This document shows, piece by piece, positions 41,981-54,299 of a stretch of 64,000 nt of DNA; position 1 is the stretch's first letter; the number at the start of each line of letters is the position of its first letter. Below the pieces are notes generated by a model. It made no database searches. It was not told the DNA's origin and saw nothing but the letters and a program-made list of their open reading frames with translations. The stretch lies in NCBI GenBank assembly GCA_951406725.2, contig OX597815.1:144274001-144338000 (forward strand), read 5' to 3'. This DNA is from Octopus vulgaris (taxonomy: Eukaryota). Position numbers and translations under genes: made by a program.

Positions 41981-43340
41981 AACAATACATACACAGCATA
42001 CAGAGGAGACAATCAGATTACTATTCAACTCCCAGCGAAAATTTGAGGACTGCCAATTAAAGAAGTAAAAACAAAATAATAACACATTAATGGAAAAGTC
42101 AACTACTTCGCATCATTACTTTTAATCTAATCACAATTAAGAACTCGAATTCAATTTATAACAAATTAATTTTATATATTTCCTCCTTATTTGTAGACAA
42201 TATGGGATACCAATTCACAATAGGTAACATGAAAAATGAAGGAAAACAAAATTTATTTTTGCGATTGCTAGTGTTGTTGTTTAACACCAGGTCAGCTTTG
42301 AACAAGTAAACATGACCAGAGGCTTTCAACCGCGACTTTGTCACCCTTTTTTTGTATCTATGAAATAGATAAAGAATTAAGAGTTCTCCATCCTTCCTGT
42401 CTTTTCCTAAGCACCGAGGGCCCACACCCACTTTAGGAATATGTATTATTGTCTTCCTGTTTTAGAGACACATAGTGTACTTCTTTATTGAGACTGTCGG
42501 ATATGATCTGAAAGCTGTTTCGCTGCTATTTCTGGCAGATCGATCCTGTATCTCTCCTTACAACATTCTGGTGCAGTTAATTCGAATCCACTGGTTACAA
42601 AAGAAATGAGAATTATATTTTTATGTCTAATATAAATGAAACTTGGATAGAGGGCATACAAAAAAAAGTGTTCATTAACTGTGAAACCTACAAGATGTCA
42701 GTTCGCTTCCCACATGGCACTCCCATTTTCTCTTCATTTACATCCTTCCTATCCATCCCACGTTTACATTTACTATATGGGTAAATATTGGATAGATTAA
42801 AAGAACATTTTGGCGGGGAACATAATTTCTGTTTTAACTATTTACATATCGATGCAATCAGTTTTGATGTGATCAACAAATAAATGTATACAACTTGTAA
42901 TTAAACACAAGTATACACAATACCTACACAAACACGAGTCAAGACTTTACGCTAGATCTACAAGAAACAGCAGCCAAATTTTCCTTTATTCACACTCTAT
43001 CGTTTTAAAAAAGGAGAAATGTAGCTTTAAATAGTTATGAAAAGAAAGAAGATTTGATAGGCGTGAGTGGAACATCACTGACCATATGATCTTGGGCTAA
43101 ACAACAGTTGATCTAGGGCTAAACAGCAAATATATATATGCATGTGTGTATATATATATATATATATATATTTAATACGGTGGTTCTCGCAGTGTATGTG
43201 TATAAAAGATGAAGGATAAACTTTAGCGATGTTCGTTAAGTTTTCTTGGGAAAAAGGCGAACCGAATATAGACTCCCAAATGTAGCTTGTTGGAGAGAGT
43301 GTATGTTAAATATTAGTGAGATACAATAAAACTAACTTAC

Positions 43341-43450
43341 ACACAAATACTAAAGATTAGCCATTACTGTGAGCAATTCTTGTTATAAACAAAACATTTG
43401 TGAAGCGCGCCATCAGCTTCCGGTGGCGGGTGTTGTTACAAATCAAGGAA
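43341..43450 (-). promoter_or_regulatory. Candidate GTF2E1 promoter and non-coding first exon
   Basis: Small CpG cluster with ETS motif CCGGAAG (43417-43423, minus) and adjacent YY1-like GATGGCG. A consensus donor GTAAGT follows at 43340. The ATG exon has a splice acceptor, so an upstream exon is required. The TSS is not observed. Confidence 0.5.
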
Positions 43451-45070
43451 TGTCTCTCTAAAACGAAACGAAATTTAGTTTCAAACACAAAACGGAATAC
43501 GATTCGTTTGTAATGCGATAAATAAAACAGTTGTTACTGTTGTTAATTAACCACAGTTCGGTCATTAGATTGAAGAACATTCCGACGTTGACCATCCCAA
43601 TCTTTTGCTCAAGTCTACCGTGTACAGGGTATTATCTGTCCCTGCAGCGCTTCCTTGCTGATTCGATATTGTAGAGTATAATAATAGAATACTAATCTCA
43701 TCTCCCACTACCGCTTAGTTGCCCATCATCCATGGACAATTATCTTTAATGTCTGCCTTGTTCTGTTGTCAGATCTTCAACATCTTTAATTGATATATAA
43801 AATATCTGAGTCTGATTAATGGAATACTGAAAAATTCTGAAGAAAAAAAATTCCTTTAGCATTGTAGTAAAGTACAGCAAGTGATATATGAGAAAAAACA
43901 CACTAAATTGTAGACGTGATTTCTGTAATGATTTCTACTAAAAAAAATTCGAAGTAATTTTTCTTTAGTTCTGTCGTGTAAAGATGCGTGGCCTACTGAT
44001 TAGGGTATTGCACTCATGACCACCAGATCGTGACCGTCATGTCAAAGAAACTGACCCAACGTCTTTTCTGTCTGTCGTAAGAGATGACTAAATGAGGTTC
44101 AGGTAGGATTTGCACTCCGATCTCGCAAAAACCCTCACCAGCAACGGCTGTCCAAACAGTCCCATGGGGTTGGAGAGTTGTCACCTGAGTGGTGAAGAGG
44201 CGTCATCCACCAGGAGCAGTAGATTACCAACAAATGGTGGATGCAATGACGCACATGCCACCATGCTAAAACAACAACAACAACTACTACTACTACTACT
44301 ACGCACCATTCGAAAACTCCCACGGGCCGCAGTTTTTCCATTATTACTCCACATCTAGGTACTTTTGGTTTATCATTGGCCAATGTTGTAAAGTTCCTTA
44401 TCAGGGCATATGTCTGCTGCAAACAATAGGACGGATCAGTTTTCCTATTGACAGTGTAGCAGATTCAAAACTGAGTCACTAGGTAGCCGAGTAGACATCC
44501 CGACCAAACCACAGTAGTTTCATGTGATCAGCCAATTAAGTTACCAATCAGCATCAACCCATCGCGTGATCCTACTTTCTAGAACTTTCTCACTAAGCCC
44601 TAAATAGAAGTGACGTTTGGTGGTAATCCTAGAATGCTGAGACAGCTGCTCAATGTCTCCATTCTCATTCACCACCAGCCATCGGCAGATAAAAGACACA
44701 GATTTTGTTGCTATGAATATTCCACGATTATTTTCTAGTTGTGATAGGTCATCCTCAGATTGCTGTATTAGTTAATTTGACAGAGATCGCAATAGTATGT
44801 CATTCCCTGTGTGTTATTGTCGCTATTTTTGTAAAAGTACCAACACAGATAACACTGTGTGCAGTAAACAAATCTTTTTTTTTTTTTATGAGTGTTGTTA
44901 CTTCTACATGCAATCCAAGAAACACATTTTCATTCATCAGTAAAACTCTAGTCGTGACAATAGATACTGCAGGCTGTTGCAATATATGCAGTTTCTCACA
45001 AAAGGGGATATTTTACAACCAGTTGGTCAGCTCGGGCACGTAATTGAAACATGTCAAGGCAAGCTACTCC

Positions 45071-45107
45071 AGACTGATGAAAAGCAACGATTCTGAAACT
45101 AGTCTCT
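45071..45107 (+). ncRNA. Minimal type-I hammerhead ribozyme-like motif
   Basis: AGA-CUGAUGA-(14 nt)-GAAA-CUAG-UC-UCU. Intact core boxes, palindromic stem III, 3-bp stem I and weak stem II. Confidence 0.5.
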
Positions 45108-45499
45108 AAATGCTGGCGGCTTTGCTGGGTGGATGTGCTTATCTCCCCTGTTTGAAAACTTAAGGACACGGAACGCTTGTGTCACGTAGCCAACTGGAAA
45201 CGATGTTTCCTGGGGTTAGATAGCAGTGGCATAAAGGCAGTGAGCTGGTAGAAACGTTAGCACGCCGGGCGAAACGCTTAGCGGTATTTCGTCTGTCTTT
45301 ATGTTCTGAGTTCAAATTCCGCCCGAGGTCGACTTTGCTTTTCATCTGTAGAACGACCGTGCGAAAAGGAGAGGTGATGAATGAATGACTCCTTGAAACA
45401 CCGCACGGTCGACTTACAATAAAAGCCAAAATATGGATAAATGAATTCAAATGCCAGAAAGAATAAGGAGGAAGACGACACAACTGTTAGAATGTTTAA

Positions 45500-46100
45500 G
45501 AGAAAGGTTTTATTTAGAAGTTAACATGTGGGTAGCAGAGTGTCTGTGTACGTGTGTGCGTCATAAGTACATACATAATAAGAACAATAAGACAGGCCGT
45601 CAAGCATACAATAATGCGTGTGTGTGTACAAACAAGGGTGTATGCGTGTGAGATAAAATACAGAGCATAGAAAGTCTATAACAGGACACAATGAAGATAA
45701 ATACTAGTTCGTAGTAATGAACACAATAGTAGTAGTTCTGTAACGATGAGGCTGAGGCGACAATTGCAGAGCCGTTTGAACACATGCCGTGTAGCGGTTG
45801 TGGCTGCTATGCTGTGTCGGGTTACTTGGTACAGAAGGTTCTCGCGGGTTAAGCTTACTGTTAACCATAGGGAAGTATTCACAAACAGCGTGAAGTTAAA
45901 CCTAAGCGATGGCTGTGGCGTCGTTGAGATGAAGGCGGTGGTGGAGACGACGTTAAGATGAAGGCGGCGATAGTGGAGGTTCTGAAATGCTGTTGGTGTT
46001 GGTGTTGTCGCTGTCTGTTGCTGGAATTGGCTGTGTCACTGAGTGCTCTGTGGTCAGAGGTTAGTCCTTAGAAGGACTAGAACCAAAGACTAGATAAGGT
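45500..46100 (-). mobile_element. Diverged internal-region relative of the 50.5-53 kb LTR element
   Basis: The reverse complement of about 45720-45850 aligns by eye with 51545-51672 (cacagcat..agc.acaaccgctacac..tgtgttcaa.cggc...gttacagaac..act.ctattgtg). Boundaries are approximate and no LTRs were identified. Confidence 0.7.
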
Positions 46101-46326
46101 TTGTTGTGACTAGCTTTATAGAGATTAGTAGGCTCCAGCAGAGAATTTAGAAGACTGTGTCACGGGACCTTATCAGAAGGCTGCGATTGGTTGGGTCGCA
46201 CATTGGTGCGAAATAAAGCAAGAGACAAACTGCACTAAAACCAACGAATCAGAGTAGTGGACACAACAGGGCCCAAGCGGCCGAAGGTTAACTGTTATCT
46301 GCTACGTCCGTATTTGTGTTATATAT

Positions 46327-46373
<47 letters not shown>

Positions 46374-46981
46374 CGATGAATTTCACTAAGGGTACGCTAC
46401 ATATCCCTTCGGGGTCGATAAATTAAGCATAAGTTGTGTCCTGGGGTCAATCTAATTGACTGGCCCCCTCCCCCAAAATTTCGGGCTTTGTGGCTAGAGT
46501 AATAAAAAAAATTGAAACCTGTCCATTTTATAGGCATTCATGTGGATTGTTTTAGTACTTGTAGTTTTTCTGAGTGGCTCTCAACAACAGAGATACTCCC
46601 CACTCTTATTGTTGAAACGTAACTTCCCTGTACTTTTCTATTTTCCTATATAACTGTTATTTACTATTTAGGGCGGGTCTATACGTGACATCAACCGTTG
46701 TTTGGTTTATTTTTATTGATTACCGTTTGGGTAGCTAACATTCTTCCAACTTTATACTACACGGCATCATGTATAGACGAATGAATTTCGTTTGTACATC
46801 TAAAAGCCTAAAGAATATCTCCGGAACGAGGCCTGAAGAAAAATGTTCTCTCTTCTGTACATCACTGTGTGACTATATGAGTGTACTGTGTATATGTGTA
46901 CACTCGCGCGCACACCTATGTATGTGTGTGTATGCGTGCGTGTGTCTGTTGTATACATACATACATACATACATACATACA

Positions 46982-47013
<32 letters not shown>

Positions 47014-47311
47014 CGTACGTATGTATGAGTGTGTGTATACATATATTCATTGAAGCTGATTATGTAACTCAGAATAAATTATGAAACGGCTGTAACCTCT
47101 ATGGAAATATTAAAATTCTTCAGCTCTCACATTTTTTATTTATTATATGCTCCACAACGGAAATATTACTGCTTGTATATTCCAGATTCTGGGTTGCATT
47201 CTCCTGTTAAATTACTTCGGAATTTAATTATCATTGTCACCGGACAGTCAGGTCCTCGTCTGGAGTGCTTACCATGGATTTAGCTTTATCCTTTGAATCT
47301 GACTCTTCTTT

Positions 47312-47433
47312 ATACATACATACATACATACATACATACATACATACATACATACATACATACATACATACATACATACATACATACATACATACATACA
47401 TACATACATACATACATACATACATACATACAT
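47312..47433. repeat. (TACA)n microsatellite
   Basis: About 30 perfect units. Similar tracts at 46953-47010, 55450-55630 and 56070-56240. Confidence 0.95.
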
Positions 47434-47716
47434 CATATGTGCCTCAGGCTACGAACTAACACGTTAATGAAAAAAAAAAGAAAGAAAAATATTAGGTTTT
47501 TCGAAGAAAGAGCAAAAAAGAAACCGACGTTAGACATTCAAAAGATTCTTTAGGTGAATACACACTTTTACAAAAACAACACACACACACACACACACAC
47601 ACACACATCGGTGTGTGTATCGATAGCTCAACCAACACACCAACTCAATCACATATTTACAAACAGCGGGTTAAATAAAGCTAAAAAAAAATCATACATA
47701 CATACATACACCACTT

Positions 47717-47759
<43 letters not shown>

Positions 47760-48619
47760 CTGATTACATAAACAAAGTTACTCCACATTTAAATACACAA
47801 TCTACATTAGTTTTATTTTAATTCTTTCATGCAATCAAACCCGGATTTTGTGATGCAAAAATCTGGTTTTCCGTTTCTGCGGTAAACCCAATGATTTCAA
47901 GCAATTGCTACAATTTTTCTTTTTTTTTTTGTTCTTTTTTTATTTCTCTTTTGTTTTTTTTCTTCCCCATTATTTCATCCTCAATGACTATCCTTATCTT
48001 TTCCACCCGTGTACTCGACGTCCAAAGTAAACCGTGTTTCCTTACATTAAACGATCTACCTTAAGTACTTTCTCACTGCGGTTACCTCGTAACATCTATT
48101 TTCGGTCCCTTCCTTCCTGTCTGCATGGTAGCTATATTATTTTCTATTTATATCAGTCTTGAGATGTTCTCGGAATATTGTTATTATACTTCTGGTTTTC
48201 CTATCTCATCTCTTTCCCCCACTTCTAATTTATCATAAGGAAGCTTGTAGCTCAACTCAATATATCTTAGACTGGATACCTTGGCTGATTTTAAAGAAAC
48301 AAATTTGTGGTTTACCAACTGTTTTTGAAAACGATGTACTTAGTGATAAAAAAAACAGTGTTTATTCAAAAATGTTTATATTTTAATCTAATCCGTGATT
48401 TATTCAGAATAAACACAATTTATTGCAAAAACATTCGAAGCTACGAAATTATCATAAAATTTAAAATTACACATACATACACACACACTTAAAAGCACTC
48501 TTTCGGTATTAGTAAACGATGTCTCACACACACACACAGACAAATGGACAGACAGACACAAATAGCTAGCTAGATAGACAGACACATACACACCCGCACG
48601 CACTCACGCACACACACAC

Positions 48620-48695
48620 ACACAAATAGACAGATAGACAGGTAGACAAATGGACAGACAGATAGATAGTTGGATAGATAGACAGATAATTAGAC

Positions 48696-48773
<78 letters not shown>

Positions 48774-48946
48774 TGATAGATAGATAAATAGCAGACATAA
48801 TTAGACATAGATAGATAGATAGATAGATAGACACATGATAGATAGATAGATAGATAGATAGATAGGTAGACACATAGATAGATAGATAGATAAATAGCAG
48901 ACATAATTAGACATAGATAGATAGACAGACAGATAGATAGATAGAT

Positions 48947-49023
<77 letters not shown>

Positions 49024-49070
49024 GTAGACACATAGATAGATAGATAGACAGCTTGTTAGACAGACAGGCA
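48620..49070. repeat. (GATA)n microsatellite with higher-order ~120-bp duplication
   Basis: GATA tract with repeated 'aaatagcagacataattagacatag' and 'ggtagacacatag' interruptions. Confidence 0.9.
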
Positions 49071-49616
49071 GGCATTTTGTTTTCGTTCTTTTCTTCTTTC
49101 AAAAAACTTTCAAACAATCGGTAAACATTTACCTAATCATCTAATTATATATTTGTTTATATTTGATTAAAAATAATAATAATAAAACTAGTTCTTTTTC
49201 AGGGACTCAGGATAGTAAACATATTTTCTCTGTCAAAAAGAAGTATTTTCCAGACCCAAAACAGAAAATATTTCACGGTCTATTTATTTTAATGTTCGCT
49301 ATGTCACAAGGTCTAAAAATATATGAACTCAATGACTTGCAAAAGAGGGTCGTTGCTGGTAAAACGTGTTCGTAATGACAAGTTCCTGTGACATCTCTTT
49401 TAGTACTTTTTATCAATATCCATCAGCAACGATTCAGGCCTTCACTAAGATTTTATATCCTTACAACAACCGCGATAAATACCAAATGCGATGAAGAAGA
49501 CCATAATTTTATTGAGAAGTAATTACAACTGGTTATGTGTTGTTAATAGTCTAGCTCTCTATTATTTATATTTGATACACTTGGGTAGTTAAAACAGCAT
49601 ACTTATACAAGTGAAC

Positions 49617-50260
49617 TCCCCACCTCTCGACTTTGTTTCCTCATAACTTCCAGAAAAATGGCTATTTTTCAATGAAATGTTTTACCAATACGCTCCAGAT
49701 GCTGTTGATTCTATATAATATTGGAATTTTTGTGAAAAAATCCAGGGGTGGAGAGAGGGGTTTCAGAGAATTTTGGTTCCTCATAACTTTCAGGAAAAAA
49801 ATCGGTATATTTTAATGAAACGTTCTACAAATATCTTTCAGGGTGTATAAATTACGATTATATCGAAATTTGATGTGGAAAGGAAAACGGTGAGCACGCA
49901 CATATACAAACTGACACACATGACCATTTTTGGGTGAAATTTCATGTAGTATATGTGTGGCGTGTGTCAGTATGTATATGTGTGAGTCTACCATTTTTTT
50001 TTTTTTCATATTAAATTCCGACATAATCGTAATCTACACAGTCTGAAAGATATGAACTTTTTCTGAAATTTATGAGGAAACAAAGCCAAGAAGTGTGAAT
50101 TTTCTGAAATTCCACTACCCACCCGCGGAATTTTTTTTCATAACCATTTCTGATATAATCGGAATCTACACCATCAGAAGAATGCATATTGTAAAAAAAT
50201 TTCATCCAAGAATATTAATTTTTCTTAAAGTTATGAGGAAACAAAATCGGAGGTGGGGTA
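49617..50260. mobile_element. MITE with long TIRs and repeated subterminal motifs
   Basis: CCCCACCTC..ctttgtttcctcataactt at the left end and aagttatgaggaaacaaaatcGGAGGTGGGG at the right end. The TTCCTCATAACTT motif recurs internally in both orientations. TSD not resolved. Confidence 0.7.
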
Positions 50261-50294
50261 GGGTATCTTTTGCTGGCATTAATTAAGAATTTAA

Positions 50295-50513
50295 AGGCGG
50301 CGAACTGGCAGAAACGTTAGCACGCCGGGCGAAATGCTTTGCGGTATTTCGCCTGCCGCTACGTTCTGAGTTTAAATTCCACCGACGTCGACTTTGCTTT
50401 TCAACCTTTCAGGGTCGATTAAATAAGTAACAGTTACGCACTGAGGTCGATATAATCGACTTAATCCGTTTGTCTGTCCTTGTTTGTCCTCTCTGTGTTT
50501 AGCCCCTTGTGGG
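50295..50513 (+). mobile_element. SINE family A (MetaSINE-like central domain), representative copy
   Basis: Head ggcgagctggcagaaacgttagc, B-box-like GAGTTCAAAT, central gtcgactttgcctttcatcctttcggggtcgataaa. More than 15 copies, e.g. 346-920 (three in tandem, minus), 5420-5635, 10752-11110, 19762-19930, 23400-23625, 25195-26243, 31997-32145, 32597-32806, 40945-41140, 45235-45347, 53012-53190, 57540-57730, 60225-60457. Confidence 0.85.
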
Positions 50514-52995
50514 TGTAGTGATCCTATAACGGTGCGCGCGCGCGCACCGTCCATTTTCTATTTCGCGCGTGTGGTGTTGGTGCCTTCACCAAGAGAGAGG
50601 AAGGGCCCTCTCGCGCATGCGCGAAGCACCGGAAGAAGAACCCTATTGCCTACGTAGCAGTTAGCCAAGGCAAGGGGACCGTAGAACGTTTGACCACTAG
50701 CAGCAGTCAGCGGCGACTTGGGACATGGCTATCGAAGGTACTACACGTACATTCTCTCTGTCCGTATTTGATAGCAGTCGGCCGAAGGCTTTTAACCAAA
50801 TTGTTGCCGACCACATTCATCTTCCCTGTTCCGGACGCCATCTTTGACCCGTTCTGTTTTAGCGGCTGAACATTGTAAATATTACAATCCATTAACTTTC
50901 AGCCTTGCGCGCCCAGAACCAAGGACATCAGATAACCACTTATTGTTACTGTTACCAAGAAAGAGAATAAAGTAGTATATATATCTTTTACGTCTGCGTC
51001 TTGTTGTTTCTGACTGGTAGAATTCTGGATTATTAAAGCAACGGCTAGTGATTGCTTTCTTGTACCCCGAAAGTACAAGAGAAGATATTCACTTACTAAG
51101 CTCGTTACAGTGGTGACCCCCCGACGTGATTCTGGTCTAAAACCAGAGATCACTTAACAACAAAAAAATCCAGTTTTTCTGCAAAGTCGGAACACGATTT
51201 AACTCTACGCATCATCTTTCGACGATTTGTTTCCGGCCACTACAAACAGTTGTAGAAGGAGCCTCTTTCTTATTCTACAGCCATGATGACGAACGCCATC
51301 ATATATTCGATGCCTTTTCTCCACCTTCGTCATCGCCATCGTCGTCTTTCTACTTCACGTCGTCGCTATCTTCGTCGCCATCATCACTAAGAACAATGTT
51401 GTCTCAAGTCCACTACAGTCGCCTTCCACCACCAACGTCGCTTTTCGACACCGTCGACCTCCACAAGATGTACATAGCAACTCGCGGAACTTTAGCGTGC
51501 ACGCTGTATGTGCATATGCACACCAAGGATTTACAGCACCGTCTATCTACGAGATTCTTCTGTTCCAGTTAACATGTCACAGCATCGAAGCTACAACCGC
51601 TACACATTGTGTTCAACCGGCATCTGCATTTGTGATCTCAACATTCTGTTACAGAACGAACTGCTATTGTGCATCAGGCTATTACAGACTGGTAAACTAA
51701 CTCTTGTCTGGAATAGCCTTGAGAGACATTTTTTTTCTATGCGCTGTATTTACATTTTGCTCGCATTCACCTTGTATGTATTTTTGTCGCACACACGTAC
51801 ACACACATAAATGCTATCTCTCACATACATACGTCACACATGCTTTTCTCGTTTGTTTTTTCCATGCTAAATTTGCCTTTTGTGGACACCCCTCATTTCT
51901 ATAGACCCTAGGTCGGTCACGTATACATAGAGAGGGTTGTTTGTCCATTATAACGCGCCAGCATGTCATACTTTTGTTCCTGTACGAACGAGGCATATAA
52001 TCGCTCAACCACAGGCATATTCATTTGCTGTTTTTTCGGTCTGGCAAGCCCTATTGCATTTCATGCGCCTTTGCTTCGCATCGTGTACTTGCCTTGTTCT
52101 TGCAACACGTTTGCAGTAGCTTAGTTTTTTCCCGACTCACAGGACGTCGGATGTTCACATGCGCTGCGCCATGTTTAGGCGTAATTATTTTTCCCTGTTA
52201 GACCACTGTTGGTCACGTAATTAACAGAAAATTATCTGTGTCGCGCATCACACCAGCATGTTTGCACTTTTGCCTTTTGTGTTACTAGCGAGCTTCTGTC
52301 AATTCCATTTCCTCTCCTGCAGCAATTGATTTAACTGCTATTTTGCAGGATCAACTACCTTTAGAGAAGTTGGATTTAATTTCGCCTAGGTTTTGCTTTC
52401 CTTCCGCTGGTCAGCGGAAGGGCTCTATACTTTGTGACGTATACACTTTCATGCATGCACTCTTGATTTTTGCTCATTGAGTATTTTTTCTCTTTTTCCT
52501 TTAGTAAATTTCTTGTGTATGATGTAAAATTTGCCATTTTATTATATTGTGTGCTATTTGGTTGTCTGGTGTCCACCTTGAGTTTTAAAGTCACTACAAA
52601 GGATTTTGTGTCGTGCTACGCACTGGAGGGGAGCCTTGTAGTGATCCTATAACGGTGCGCGCGCGCGCACCGTCCATTTTCTATTTCGCGCGTGTGGTGT
52701 TGGTGCCTTCACCAAGAGAGAGGAAGGGCCCTCTCGCGCATGCGCGAAGCACCGGAAGAAGAACCCTATTGCCTACGTAGCAGTTAGCCAAGGCAAGGGG
52801 GTCGTAGAACGTTTGACCACTAGCAGCAGTCAGCGGGGACTTGGGACATGGCTATCGAAGGTACTACACGTATATTCTCTCTGTCCGTATTTGATAGCAG
52901 TCGGCCGAAGGCTTTTAACCAAATTGTTGCCGACCATTGCTTTCTTGTACCCCGAAAGTACAAGAGAAGATATTCACTCACACAAGTTCGTTACA
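50514..52995 (+). mobile_element. Non-autonomous LTR retroelement (Ty3/Gypsy-like, tRNA-Trp primed)
   Basis: 5' LTR 50514-51109 and 3' LTR 52637-52995, both TGTA...TACA. PBS TGGTGACCCCCCGACGTGAT at 51111-51130 (tRNA-Trp complement with 2 extra C). PPT GGAGGGGAG at 52625-52633. 4-bp TSD TGGG (50510-50513 and 52996-52999). No long internal ORF. Inserted into a SINE tail. Confidence 0.92.
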
Positions 52996-53779
52996 TGGGT
53001 AGTAAAGAAATAGGTATTTCGTCTACCTTTATGTTCTGAGTTCAAATCCCGCCGAGATCGACTTTGCCTTTCATCCCTTCGGGGTCGATAAATTAAGTGC
53101 CAGTTGCGTACTAGAGTTGATGTAATCGACTTAAACCCCACCCACCCACCCACCCAATTTCAAGTCTTGTGCCTATAGTAGAAAGGATTAATTAAGAATT
53201 TAGTTAAAATATTTGCTGGATTCAAATTACTTCAAAGTTTGACTGAAGGACTGAAATTTCGAAGGGGGATTGTTCGGCGATCGCATCGCTTCCTATGCTC
53301 ATCTGGTACTTTATTTTTTCGACTAGTACTTTTATTTTGGCATAATTTTAACTTAGTACTTCAAGAGGCCAAAGAAATGTCCAATAGCGAATTGTCCGAT
53401 GTGTTATCGATTCTATCAGATTGTCACTTTTGGTTCCAATTTCAATAATGACAATATCAATACAGGATGCTCTATCGTTCAGTATTTTATTTTCCTTCCT
53501 TAGAAGTCTTTTTTTAATATTTTTATTCGTTTTTTGTTTGTTACCAGCCCTCATTTCGTTTCCTTGCACACAAGCAACTGTAACCTTTCCGCTTTTGACA
53601 TTATTCCTAAAATGCTTGATAGCATTTCGTCTGTCTTTATGTTCTGAGTTCAAATTCCGCTGCGGTCGACTTTGCTTTTCATCTTACCCACATCGTTACA
53701 TTTACTGGCCTTGTGCTCAAATTTGAAACCATTAAAAAAATGTTTTTACAAGAAAAATTTAGTTTGTAATTAAGATCAG

Positions 53780-53950
53780 AGTTTGGGTGTTAGTGTTAGA
53801 GTCAGGGTTAAGGTTAGGTTAGGATTTTAGGGTTAATATTTAGGTCAAGGGTTAGGGTCACTGTTATAGGGTTAGCGTTTAAGAGTGGGATTAAGGTTAG
53901 AACTTAGGGTTAGGGTTTCGGGTTAATGTATAGCGCTTAGGGTTAGATTT
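53780..53950 (+). repeat. Degenerate interstitial (TTAGGG)n tract
   Basis: About 25 imperfect TTAGGG-like hexamers. Confidence 0.8.
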
Positions 53951-54032
53951 AAACTGCTAGGAATAATTTGAAAACAAAGTTTGTGAAATTGTTTACACAC
54001 AGTGGTAATCTCCATTTATGAGAACAAAGCTT

Positions 54033-54076
54033 GGATCTTTTCCTTTTGAACGGCACTTTTCAAAAGGAAAAGATCC
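54033..54076. mobile_element. 44-bp minimal TIR element with 8-bp TSD
   Basis: GGATCTTTTCCTTTTGAA-8 nt-TTCAAAAGGAAAAGATCC flanked by CAAAGCTT on both sides. A related terminus ends at 56521. Confidence 0.85.
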
Positions 54077-54299
54077 CAAAGCTTTAAAAGAAATGAGAAA
54101 ATTGGCAAAAATGTCAAAAATTGAAGAAGTGTAGTGGAAGGATGCTTGTTACATATCTCAGCTACATATTGTATATCGATATGTATTTCATATTGATATG
54201 TGCGTGCTATTATTTATAGCTTTATCTGCTTTAGGATCCACTGTTTCTACCGCATAAATTATTTTACGTTTTCTCCAAGTTTATAAATGTTAACATTAT

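Noticed and set aside
48566-49117. 183-aa 'LSIY' repeat ORF and similar YI/HT/CV ORFs throughout
   Set aside because: Microsatellite translations.
51111-51130. tRNA-Trp-like sequence
   Set aside because: Only the complement of the 3' end including CCA. It is a primer-binding site, not a tRNA gene.
53780-53950. True telomere or chromosome fusion site
   Set aside because: Short, degenerate, single orientation and apparently embedded in a transposon-derived repeat.
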